Positions 1 to 8,115 of a stretch of DNA of 32,000 bases are shown here, in pieces; positions within the stretch are counted from its first letter, which is position 1, and every line of letters begins with the position of its first letter. The position numbers were made by a program, and so were the translations under genes. The notes beneath the pieces are model-generated. The model was not told the origin of the DNA, searched no databases, and worked only from the letters and a program-made list of their open reading frames with translations. Source of the stretch: Candidatus Scalindua sediminis (GTDB lineage: Bacteria; Planctomycetota; Brocadiia; Brocadiales; Scalinduaceae). The stretch covers positions 195,068-227,067 of the forward strand of contig VSDH01000001.1 of the NCBI GenBank assembly GCA_008636105.1. The letters are read 5' to 3'.

Positions 1-1038
1 CTTCCCCTGGATGACGAAAAGGGTGGAGTCATCTGTGATTTTTGCCACTCCGTCAGGGCAACGACGGGGGTAGGTAATGCACCTTATATTCTAAACCCTG
101 GTAATGCCGCTGCAATGGAAGGAGGTACGAAATATGGCCCCTTTGACGATTCCCCCGATACGATACATAAAAATAAATTTTCTGAGTTACACACGCGCTC
201 TGAATTCTGCGGGGGATGTCACGATGTATCACACGCGGGAAATGACCTTCCTATCGAACAAACTTATACTGAATGGCGACAGGGACCGTATAATACAGGC
301 GATCCAAAGACATCTGTACATTGTCAGGACTGCCACATGAGACAGCGTCCAGGTTTCCCTTCCACCGGAAGCACTGAACGGCCTGATAATCCGGGGTTTG
401 CAACTCCTGAAATTCTCGGGGGTATAAAGCGCCCGCATATATGGACACACTATTTTGTAGGTGGAAGTGTTGTCCCAATCTCCCTGCCGCCTAACTCAAA
501 AGTACAACCACAGATGGCCGTTGAAAGACTTCAGAATGCCGCAACCCTTGCAATCCATGCTGTTTCTGATGTTCAAAGGATTGGTATGCTCAAATTCCAG
601 GTGGACATAATGAATACTGGTGCAGGACATTATCTGCCCACGGGTCTCACAGAGGTTAGGCAGATGTGGCTTGAGGTTTCTGTAACTGATTCAGAAGGTA
701 ATCTTTTATATCAAAGCGGTACAGTTGATGAGAAAGGAAAAATTGACTCTGAAGCTACAATATACAACACAGTATTTGGAGACGAAAAAGGAGAACCGAC
801 TTTATTAGTATGGGCTGCAACACACATTATCTCAGACAATCGCATTCCCCCAAAAGGGAAAAAGGAAGAACATTTCGCTTGTTTAGTACCGAATGATGTA
901 AAAACACCTATAAAGATAACGGCCGTATTAAATTATCGCAGCGCACCGCAGCATGTTGTGGATGAACTTCTGGGAGAAAAGTCAATAAAGTTCCCTATAA
1001 TTAAGATGACGGAGTTATCAACGGAAGTTGATTTATAG
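1..1038 (+). CDS. multiheme c-type cytochrome (5' end cut by the window edge)
   Basis: Frame 1 is open from nt 1 (LPLDDEKGGVICDFCH...) to TAG at 1036-1038, so the ORF-track Met at 115 is internal. There are three CXXCH haem motifs: CDFCH 34-48, CGGCH 208-222, CQDCH 322-336. The C-terminal ~230 aa carry no haem motif. Confidence 0.85.
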   Translation, partial: LPLDDEKGGVICDFCHSVRATTGVGNAPYILNPGNAAAMEGGTKYGPFDDSPDTIHKNKFSELHTRSEFCGGCHDVSHAGNDLPIEQTYTEWRQGPYNTGDPKTSVHCQDCHMRQRPGFPSTGSTERPDNPGFATPEILGGIKRPHIWTHYFVGGSVVPISLPPNSKVQPQMAVERLQNAATLAIHAVSDVQRIGMLKFQVDIMNTGAGHYLPTGLTEVRQMWLEVSVTDSEGNLLYQSGTVDEKGKIDSEATIYNTVFGDEKGEPTLLVWAATHIISDNRIPPKGKKEEHFACLVPNDVKTPIKITAVLNYRSAPQHVVDELLGEKSIKFPIIKMTELSTEVDL

Positions 1039-1095
1039 ATAGAGGTGTCCTGTGTTCAAGGATTATGGATAGGGTCAATATTGTTCGACCCAATT

Positions 1096-1584
1096 TCATT
1101 CACCCAGTTGTTTTAATTTCTGCACGATTTTCCCCAGATGATAAACATTATGATCTGCAACGAGTAGTACTTCCCTCAAATAGGTATGACCTTCTCCATG
1201 AGGAATTTTTGCCGTTAAATCAAACTTCGGATTTTTTACCAGTCTCATCAATTCCTTCAAATCTCTGAAGAATCTGGAAACGGCACTTTTCAAGATTTTT
1301 TGTGTTATTTCATCAGTATCCGATGGCCAATAACCATCCGGCCATTCGGGTGATTCCCAGGTGGGATCGAGTGTGTATCTTAAAATATCTTCCTGGGCGA
1401 TGCGCATATGCTCGATCTCTTCATATATAGAATGCACTCCTTTTTGAGGACGTACTTTGCAAAGTTCAGGCTTGAGGTCTTTTAGTACTTCTTCCAATGT
1501 AATATGTGCTTGACCACCTTTTAATAATTCAATTAAGTCCTTTCGTAATGCCTTATCAGGTATTGTTACATCCTTTTTCTTCAT
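1096..1584 (-). CDS. DinB-superfamily-like protein
   Basis: 162-aa ORF with spaced His residues (HMRIAQ..., HTYLREVLLVADHNVYHLGKIV) typical of the DinB/DinB_2 helical-bundle metal site. Its start overlaps the upstream gene stop by 4 bp (ATGA). Confidence 0.55.
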   Translation of the reverse strand: MKKKDVTIPDKALRKDLIELLKGGQAHITLEEVLKDLKPELCKVRPQKGVHSIYEEIEHMRIAQEDILRYTLDPTWESPEWPDGYWPSDTDEITQKILKSAVSRFFRDLKELMRLVKNPKFDLTAKIPHGEGHTYLREVLLVADHNVYHLGKIVQKLKQLGE

Positions 1585-2048
1585 TTTTTCTTTATGATTA
1601 AGTGCTTCTCTTTGTTTTTCCTGTATGTGTACTGTTTAAACTCCTGAATACACAACTCTGCATACTCTACTGCACGAGGAACGTCATCCCAGTTTGTACA
1701 ATAATATAAAGGCAAATCATACAATAAATATCGTTTTAACTGCTTACTTTTTATTTGCTTGGTATCCAGGTTGTTGATGATTTGATTTGATACTGATTTG
1801 ACCTTTTTGAAGGATTTTATTTCAATAATTCCGATCACGTATCCTTGATACAGGATGGCGACATCAGGAGACAACTCTCCATCGTATGCCTCACAAAAAA
1901 TCGGACAGCCAACCGTACATTGGATATCTTTCTCTCGTAAACGTTTATAAATTTCAGCCTGAATAAGTGGTTCCGGGAGTCTGGCAGGTGGCCTAAATTC
2001 TCTGTAGTTCCACTTTGGTTTTGTGAGAAATTCCAGTTTATTTACCAT
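1581..2048 (-). CDS. hypothetical protein, possible PD-(D/E)XK nuclease fold
   Basis: 155-aa ORF. The motif ...SPDVAILYQGYVIGIIEIKSFKK fits a D-x(n)-E-x-K core. It is translationally coupled to the DinB-like gene. Confidence 0.45.
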   Translation of the reverse strand: MVNKLEFLTKPKWNYREFRPPARLPEPLIQAEIYKRLREKDIQCTVGCPIFCEAYDGELSPDVAILYQGYVIGIIEIKSFKKVKSVSNQIINNLDTKQIKSKQLKRYLLYDLPLYYCTNWDDVPRAVEYAELCIQEFKQYTYRKNKEKHLIIKKK

Positions 2049-2131
2049 ATTCAGCCATAACGATCCTCTTTCTTCCTTCTAGCAATAACTATGTATCAGA
2101 AAAATTACAGATTTTAAAATTAGACAGAAAT

Positions 2132-2154
2132 GTAGCGGATGGCTTTAGCCTTCC
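2132..2154 (+). repeat. GTAG-footed REP-like hairpin (solitary, one stem mismatch)
   Basis: GTAGCGGATGGCTTTAGCCTTCC resembles GTAGCCGCAGGCTTTAGCCTGCG at 7987, 29280 and 29889. It lies in intergenic DNA. Confidence 0.5.
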
Positions 2155-2202
2155 ATTTAAAAGGGATGTCCCTATTAAGCTCCAGTTCTAGTTAAGTATA
2201 CT

Positions 2203-2463
2203 TCAACACGCTAGCACGCTTATGTTATGCCCTTCCAAAAACGATTTTGTTTTACCACAAACAGGTGCCGATGTTCTTAAGCTGACTTTCGCATTTGGAA
2301 CATGCTTTTTGATCTTGCCGGCCTTTGTTAATATACCTTTACCATCTTTCATGATGATTCGGCTTTTACGTTGAATGACTATGTCAAATTGAGCGGTGCC
2401 AATCTGTCTTAATTTCGTTGAAGAAGGCAATTTAAACAATTTAGGATCGATAAACTTATTCAT
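2203..2463 (-). CDS. hypothetical protein
   Basis: 86-aa ORF, Lys-rich, with no motif I recognise. It fits the minus-strand gene run. Confidence 0.4.
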   Translation of the reverse strand: MNKFIDPKLFKLPSSTKLRQIGTAQFDIVIQRKSRIIMKDGKGILTKAGKIKKHVPNAKVSLRTSAPVCGKTKSFLEGHNISVLAC

Positions 2464-2560
2464 GATATATATATTTCTTCGTCCACCTTACGTCCGCAAA
2501 TAACCGAAGCAAATGGAGCGACAGCGGAATACCAGTCAAATTCATCCTGTGGTTATGTGA

Positions 2561-2944
2561 TCAATTGTCATTGCTATTTAAAGCTTGTCTCGCGGAACCT
2601 TCTTCGATGTCCTTTATCTTCCCGATTCTGTAAGCGTCAACAACCCCAATGATCCAGCAGAGAATTACCAACAACAAGACGATATTGTATGTGAGGTTCC
2701 CGGAAGTAGCGGATGCCTGGGTGGCTGCGTTCGAGATGGTACTCATACTGATTGCCCCACCCTGCGACTCAATCTTCTCCAGGATGTCAAGGGCGTGTTG
2801 TACTGCTTTCACTATAAATACGGACATACAGACCAAAACCGTAAGCATTATGACAGCACCACGTTTATAGTGTTTTAGAACAATCTGACCCAGGCCTGGA
2901 AATATCAAACCCGACCAGAAGGCTCCCTTTAATGAGTTTTTCAT
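2561..2944 (-). CDS. small integral membrane protein
   Basis: 127-aa ORF with hydrophobic segments (FWSGLIFPGLGQIVL, GAVIMLTVLVCMSVFIV, YNIVLLLVILCWIIGVV). The opposite-strand ORFs at 2585-2878 and 2649-2870 are shadows. Confidence 0.6.
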   Translation of the reverse strand: MKNSLKGAFWSGLIFPGLGQIVLKHYKRGAVIMLTVLVCMSVFIVKAVQHALDILEKIESQGGAISMSTISNAATQASATSGNLTYNIVLLLVILCWIIGVVDAYRIGKIKDIEEGSARQALNSNDN

Positions 2945-3324
2945 TGTGCCTTTCTCTGATACCTCTCTCTATCTGTCAGAAATACATAAGATTGCGTAGC
3001 AATTATAGCCATGTGGACCATTCTTTATAATTATTACTTAAAACATTGTTTATAAATATTATCACCCAGATCTTTCCAATGACTTGATTTATATTCAAAT
3101 TTATCTGGAGTGAATTTTACTCTTAATTTTTTAAACCCAAACACATAACTATTAAAATCTGATAGTTTTTTTCTTTGATTAATTTGCGCATACAAAAAAT
3201 CAACCCATTAATTGTTGTCGTTGTCAAAGCCCTACTTACCTTTTTATCTAATGTCCACATCTTTTTTTCTTTTATTTCTTTCGCAAACGCTGAAATAAAG
3301 GTCCGAATTTCGGCATTGATTCGG

Positions 3325-3573
3325 TTAAGTTACCAGTGTTTCTTTAATTTTTAATTCAATCTTATCAACCACCGGAATACTTAAATTTTTATGAATTCGA
3401 AATAGAATCCATTCTTCTAATGTTTCTTCTAACTCTTTTCTACATTTTTCCAGACTTTTGGCATTTGCACATACACCACGGCAAACTGGAATTTCACCAT
3501 AAAAGCTTCCATCGTCACTTAGGATCTCATATTTCGCTTTTCCCATTGCTTTCTCTATATATTGTCTAATCAT
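3325..3573 (-). CDS. hicB: HicB-family (UPF0150-like) antitoxin
   Basis: 82 aa. The stretch YEILSDDGSFYGEIPVCRGVCANAKSLEKCRKELEETLEEWILFRI matches the recalled pattern of short HicB-like antitoxins (...GEIPxxxGVxAxAxTLEECRxELxExLEEWI...). Confidence 0.7.
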   Translation of the reverse strand: MIRQYIEKAMGKAKYEILSDDGSFYGEIPVCRGVCANAKSLEKCRKELEETLEEWILFRIHKNLSIPVVDKIELKIKETLVT

Positions 3574-3604
3574 TTTCTGATTCCTCCTTTTGTCTTTATA
3601 ACAT

Positions 3605-3916
3605 TCATTTCATAAGTGAATATATTCGTTTGACATCCGTCAAAGCCTTGTCTGTGGGGACGAGTGGTGTTACTTCTATATCGGTAAAGAAAGGAAATAG
3701 TGGGAGGTTTGTTACGATCTGGTCAAGCTCCTCGTTTGAATCAGCTTCAATAATGGCAGTAGCCCCTCTCCTGCCAGCTAATTTTCCACCCGCAAGGATT
3801 TTGCCTCTTTTTTGCATCCTGATAAAATATTCCCATTCCTTGACAACAAATCCAAGAAAATCCTTAACCGGGATATCAGGTAGTTTCTTTATTTCAACTT
3901 TTAATAAAAAGATCAT
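3605..3916 (-). CDS. muconolactone delta-isomerase-like protein
   Basis: 103 aa. The motif LPLFPFFTDIEVTPL resembles the MIase family motif LPLFPYMDIEVxPL, and size and ferredoxin-like layout are similar. Confidence 0.6.
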   Translation of the reverse strand: MIFLLKVEIKKLPDIPVKDFLGFVVKEWEYFIRMQKRGKILAGGKLAGRRGATAIIEADSNEELDQIVTNLPLFPFFTDIEVTPLVPTDKALTDVKRIYSLMK

Positions 3917-3998
3917 ATTCTTAATTAGCTCCTTTCATATTCATCGAGTGTGGTGAGTAATTTACAGGCTGTCCGAGAAAAGGGAAATGAGTATTTTT

Positions 3999-4023
3999 GT
4001 CATTCTGAATTTATTTCAGAATC
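3999..4023. repeat. GTCATTC...GAATC hairpin (variant stem)
   Basis: GTCATTCTGAATTTATTTCAGAATC has an 8-bp stem (4002-4009 / 4015-4022). Its flanks are the same as those of the hairpin at 8302-8325, but the stem sequence differs with compensating changes. Confidence 0.55.
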
Positions 4024-4053
4024 TAATAATTTCAATAACTTAGCAACATTAGA

Positions 4054-4098
4054 GATCCCGCCCCCATTCCTAGCTTACGCAAGGAAGCTATGGGGGGG
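4054..4098 (+). repeat. solitary REP-like palindromic module (degenerate GTAG foot)
   Basis: Nt 4058-4096 are identical (39/39) to the reverse complement of 8054-8092 inside MITE copy A. The foot here reads GATC instead of GTAG. Confidence 0.7.
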
Positions 4099-4271
4099 GA
4101 TGACAATTGTAACACAGTCTGCAAGTCCGCCCGCCTGTACCTATTCGGGTAGGTCCCCCAAGGGGAGAGGAAGTGGGATGGGAATTGCCCCCACAAAATA
4201 TCATCAAGCAATTTGCACAGCCATGTTCTCTTATACTCATACAGTATTACTATACATAACGTATATATAAT

Positions 4272-5009
4272 TTATATCGCCAATCCCCCGTCAACGGTCA
4301 GGACATGTCCTGTTATATATTTTGCATCGTCTGAAAGCAAGAACAATGCTATTTTCGCAACCTCCTCAGGTGTACCAAACCTCTTTAAGGAAGTCATATC
4401 TGTCATCTTTTTCTTGTATTCATCTGGGAGTGAAGAAGTCATATCTGTTTCTATAAATCCACATGCAATGGCATTCACATTAATATTTGCCTTGCCAACC
4501 TCTTTTGCAAGGGACTTTGTAAAGCCAATCATCCCTGCCTTTGATGATGAATAATTAACCTGCCCGGCCACACCAGCAATACCACTAACTGAAGTTATAT
4601 TAAGTATGTTTCCTCTTTTCTGTTTGATCATGGTCATTATCACAGCTTTAGAAAAATTATATACACTTTTAAGGTTTGTGTTAATCACATCGTCCCAATC
4701 GTTTTCTCCCATCAGGGCAAGAAGTTTATCCTTAGTGATACCCGCATTGTTTACTAAGTAATCAATTTGTCCGAATTCGTCTTTTACGTCTTTGACCATA
4801 TTCTTGGCCGCTTCAAAATCTGAGACGTCTACCTTCTTTGCCACTACCTTGACTCCGTGTGATTCTACCTCCTTTACCAGGGTATTTGCCAGTTCATCAC
4901 TCTTGGAATAATTAAAAACCACATTGCAACCGTTCCTTGCCAATTCAAGTACGATTGCTCTCCCGATACCTCTGGTACCACCTGTTACTATTGCCGTTTT
5001 GTCTTTCAT
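4272..5009 (-). CDS. fabG: 3-oxoacyl-ACP reductase (SDR)
   Basis: 245 aa with TGGTRGIGRAI (cofactor loop), NNAG, the Ser of NITSVSG, and the catalytic YSSSK (YxxxK). Length and order are classic for FabG. Confidence 0.92.
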   Translation of the reverse strand: MKDKTAIVTGGTRGIGRAIVLELARNGCNVVFNYSKSDELANTLVKEVESHGVKVVAKKVDVSDFEAAKNMVKDVKDEFGQIDYLVNNAGITKDKLLALMGENDWDDVINTNLKSVYNFSKAVIMTMIKQKRGNILNITSVSGIAGVAGQVNYSSSKAGMIGFTKSLAKEVGKANINVNAIACGFIETDMTSSLPDEYKKKMTDMTSLKRFGTPEEVAKIALFLLSDDAKYITGHVLTVDGGLAI

Positions 5010-5043
5010 TTACTTTGCCTCCAAAGGACATTTTGATAAAGAA

Positions 5044-5091
5044 AATCCCCCCTCCATTCCCCCCTTTAGGAAAGGGGGGTTAGGGGGGATT
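5044..5091. repeat. nested G5/C5 hairpin (terminator-like), family copy 1
   Basis: AATCCCCCC-TCCATT-CCCCCC-TTTAGGAAA-GGGGGG-TTA-GGGGGGATT. On the minus (sense) strand it is followed by TTTTCTTTATC. It overlaps the last codons of the crotonase gene (...SPLTPLS*). Confidence 0.6.
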
Positions 5092-5884
5092 CAACAAGCT
5101 TACGACGCATCATTTCAGCAAAGAGACCTACTTCATACTCGATTCCTTTTTTTGTGTCATTATCCATCGCATAATTTATACATTTCTTCATTGTATATAT
5201 TGCCGTATCGTTGTTCTCTGCCAACATACCTGCAAAATCTATTGCCTCTTTAAGAACTCCTTTAACCGGTGCAAGTTTGTTAACCAGACCCCACTGTAAG
5301 GCAGTCTCGGCACGAATCATCTTTCCAGAATATAACATCTCCTTGGCCCTGGCAGCACCTATCACTTTGGGCAGTCTTATCGTTCCACCAAGACCCGGAA
5401 TTATACTCAATTCGGGTTTTGCCTCAGGCAGACTGAAAAATGCAATTTCAGAAGCTATACGGATATCACACAATAAGGCAAGTTCAAGTCCAGCGCCTAT
5501 GGTAACACCGTTGAGAGCCGCAATCAGCGGTTTCTTACAATTTTCAATCTCCATATACATCTCGTGAGCCCTTACAAATCTATCATAATTCTTTTCGGCT
5601 ACTAACCCAGATATCCACGAACCGAACAATTCTTCTCTATCAGCGCCATCACAGAAAACGCCTCTTATACTACTTGTTATTATTATTGATGTTATCTTTT
5701 CGTCTTTCTCATAAGAATCTATCTTGTCATATATTGCATCTAATAACCAGGATCCTATAGAATTCCTCGGGGGTTTCTTCATCTTGATAATACCAGCATA
5801 TCTATTGTCTTGAAGTTTTACCTCTTCACATTCCAAGTGCTGGTATCCTGAATTGTCCCCTCTGTTCATTCGTATATCTTTCAT
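5066..5884 (-). CDS. enoyl-CoA hydratase/isomerase (crotonase) family protein
   Basis: 272 aa with FCDGAD, GVTIGAGLELALLCDIRIA and FSLPEAKPELSIIPGLGGTIRL. Both Glu positions expected for hydratase chemistry appear present (PE..., AETA). The start lies 3 bp after the upstream stop. Confidence 0.88.
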   Translation of the reverse strand: MKDIRMNRGDNSGYQHLECEEVKLQDNRYAGIIKMKKPPRNSIGSWLLDAIYDKIDSYEKDEKITSIIITSSIRGVFCDGADREELFGSWISGLVAEKNYDRFVRAHEMYMEIENCKKPLIAALNGVTIGAGLELALLCDIRIASEIAFFSLPEAKPELSIIPGLGGTIRLPKVIGAARAKEMLYSGKMIRAETALQWGLVNKLAPVKGVLKEAIDFAGMLAENNDTAIYTMKKCINYAMDNDTKKGIEYEVGLFAEMMRRKLVESPLTPLS

Positions 5885-5887
5885 AGT

Positions 5888-7942
5888 CTAAACCCTTAAG
5901 CCTGCTTCAAATCCTTCATGAATTGCTTCAAGTGCGGTTCTAACACTTACACAGTCACCTATTTTATATAACTCATCTATCTTTCCATCTAATCCTTTGA
6001 AAAGACTTTGATTGGATTTATATCCAGCCGCTATGACAACCGTATCCGCAAGAAGAAAATTATCTCTTTTATCTTTTTCATAGGTAATACGGATTTTCTC
6101 ATCTATATCCTTTGAATTAGATGAAGCCTTTAATTTGTTAATGTTATTAATATTTTTAAACTCTTTAACATTTACACCCGTTATACTATTAATTCCCGCA
6201 TCTTTTATTTGCTTTAAGATTATCCATCTGGTTGAGATACCAAACCTTCCTCCAATCTTGTTTTTCATTTCCAGGATAGTAATATTACGTTTACCCCGTG
6301 ACGTGAGTTCTACCAGCTCATCCCCTTTTATGACATTATTTTTTAAAAGAAAGCATGCAACATCCGGTTTCATTGCTCCCATTTTTGCAACGTGAAGGGC
6401 AATCTCACAACCTATCGTACCTCCGCCTATAATTACGACTTCCCTGCCAACTTTTACTTTATTGTCAAATACATCTTCGGCCACAACGACATTCCTTTCT
6501 TTCACACCCGGAATGCCAGGTACAATCGGAGTCCCCCCTACAGCCGCAATCACGGCATCCGGTTTTAGTTCTTTTATCGTTGCCATATCTGCTTTTTTGC
6601 ATAGCTGTATTTTTACGTTCAACTTCTTTATTTGGGTTTCTAAGAAATTGATAACATTTTCTATTTCTTCTCTTCCCGGAGGAATGTATGCATATCTTAA
6701 TTGCCCACCCAGGACATTAGTCTTCTCATATAAGTGCACTTCATGCCCTCTTAATGCAGCAACTCTCGCAGCTTCCAGACCTGCTGGTCCACCACCAATA
6801 ACCATTACCTTTTTCTTCTTTTTGGCTTTTTTAATTTTGTATTCTCTTTCTTTACCAGCTCTGACGTTATATAAGCAAGAAATAGATTTGAAGTTTAGCA
6901 GAGAATCGAAGCATCCTTGATTACAGGCAATACACCTCCTGATGTCGTCGAATTGCCTTTTCTTATACTTTTTTGGCAACTCTGGATCTGCTATTAAGGG
7001 TCTTCCTATCGATATTATATCTGACTGGCCATTATCTAAAATTTCTTCGGCTAATGCTAAATCATTTATCCTTACAGATCCGATTACGGGCACGTTTACA
7101 TTATCCTTAATCTTTTCCGATAAAAAGATATAAGACATCCTTGGGATGGCCATAAGCATTATGGGTGTGCGGCTCTCATGCCAACCGGGAGAAACATTAA
7201 ATGCATCAACACCCGCCTTTTCCAGCTCCTTTGCTATCTCAACACTCTCATCTATCTTGAGGCCATCAGCTATAAAATCGTCTCCGGACAGACGGAATAT
7301 TATTGGAAATTTCTTTCCCACTTTTTTCTTTGTTGCAATTACTATTTCTTTTGCAAAATTTATTCTATTTTTAAGACTTCCACCATATCTGTCTTTTCTC
7401 TTGTTAGTTGCCCTGGTGAGAAATTGATTGATCAGATAACCCATACCGCCGTGTATCTCTACTGCATCAAAGCCTGCCTTCTTTACCCTCACTGTTGCAT
7501 TTACAAAACCTTCTATTACCCTCTTAATCTCTGGTATAGTTAGTGCATGTGGTGCCTGCTTTATGTTAACGTGTGCTATACTTGATGCTGATACAGGCTG
7601 CATCTTTGTAAAAAAAGAAGATGCGCTCCTTCCTCCATGAAGTAATTGTGCGGCAACCTTGACATCATATTTATGGATCGTATCGGTTAATTTTTTTAGT
7701 CCCGGTATAAACTCATCCTTATCCAGGCCGATTATGCTCTTCCATACTTTGCCGGCCATTTCAGGATAGCATCCACCAACCACAATCAATCCTACTCCGC
7801 CACGAGCCCTTTCTATATAGAAATCAATAAAACGCTCGTTTATAAAACCGTCTGACGCAAAACCGAGGTCCATGGCCGACATGGCAAGCCGGTTCTTAAC
7901 TTCTATATTACCTATTTTTATTGGTTCATATAGTTTACTCAT
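5888..7942 (-). CDS. 2,4-dienoyl-CoA reductase-like flavoprotein (OYE TIM barrel + 4Fe-4S + FAD/NAD(P) domain)
   Basis: 684 aa. It has an N-terminal NADH:flavin oxidoreductase pattern, a Cys cluster CIACNQGC...SC, and then the Rossmann motif VMVIGGGPAGLEAA. This matches the architecture and length of FadH. Confidence 0.9.
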   Translation of the reverse strand: MSKLYEPIKIGNIEVKNRLAMSAMDLGFASDGFINERFIDFYIERARGGVGLIVVGGCYPEMAGKVWKSIIGLDKDEFIPGLKKLTDTIHKYDVKVAAQLLHGGRSASSFFTKMQPVSASSIAHVNIKQAPHALTIPEIKRVIEGFVNATVRVKKAGFDAVEIHGGMGYLINQFLTRATNKRKDRYGGSLKNRINFAKEIVIATKKKVGKKFPIIFRLSGDDFIADGLKIDESVEIAKELEKAGVDAFNVSPGWHESRTPIMLMAIPRMSYIFLSEKIKDNVNVPVIGSVRINDLALAEEILDNGQSDIISIGRPLIADPELPKKYKKRQFDDIRRCIACNQGCFDSLLNFKSISCLYNVRAGKEREYKIKKAKKKKKVMVIGGGPAGLEAARVAALRGHEVHLYEKTNVLGGQLRYAYIPPGREEIENVINFLETQIKKLNVKIQLCKKADMATIKELKPDAVIAAVGGTPIVPGIPGVKERNVVVAEDVFDNKVKVGREVVIIGGGTIGCEIALHVAKMGAMKPDVACFLLKNNVIKGDELVELTSRGKRNITILEMKNKIGGRFGISTRWIILKQIKDAGINSITGVNVKEFKNINNINKLKASSNSKDIDEKIRITYEKDKRDNFLLADTVVIAAGYKSNQSLFKGLDGKIDELYKIGDCVSVRTALEAIHEGFEAGLRV

Positions 7943-7954
7943 ATTTTTTAACAG

Positions 7955-8115
7955 CTAAATTGAGCGATTTTATATTTCATGTTACTGTAGCCGCAGGCTT
8001 TAGCCTGCGTTTCTCATCATCTGATGGGTATAAGAAATTTCACGTAAGTTACGCCCCCATAGCTTCCTTGCGTAAGCTAGGAATGGGGGCGGCTACACAA
8101 ATCGCTCAATTTAGG
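7955..8115 (+). mobile_element. MITE-like element, copy A (161 bp)
   Basis: Perfect 16-bp TIRs: CTAAATTGAGCGATTT (7955-7970) and AAATCGCTCAATTTAG (8099-8114). Identical 6-mers TAACAG flank it at 7949-7954 and 8116-8121. Inside are GTAG-REP hairpins at 7987-8009 (+) and 8052-8096 (-). It starts 13 bp upstream of the FadH-like start codon. Confidence 0.85.

Noticed and set aside
3950-5253. Track ORFs 3950-4270, 4213-4554 and 4924-5253 as genes.
   Set aside because: They are composed of REP or G5/C5 hairpin sequence (for example ...PPFRKGGLGGI...) or lie antisense to fabG and the crotonase. They have no RBS or recognisable domain.
6135-7543. Plus-strand ORFs inside the FadH-like gene (6135-6395, 6462-6920, 6942-7133, 7146-7427, 7178-7543). 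Similar antisense ORFs lie in other large genes (20286-20870, 23578-24075, 24799-26043).
   Set aside because: They are antisense shadows of well-supported CDSs. Their composition is low-complexity and Ser/Phe/Ile-rich, and they contain no motifs.
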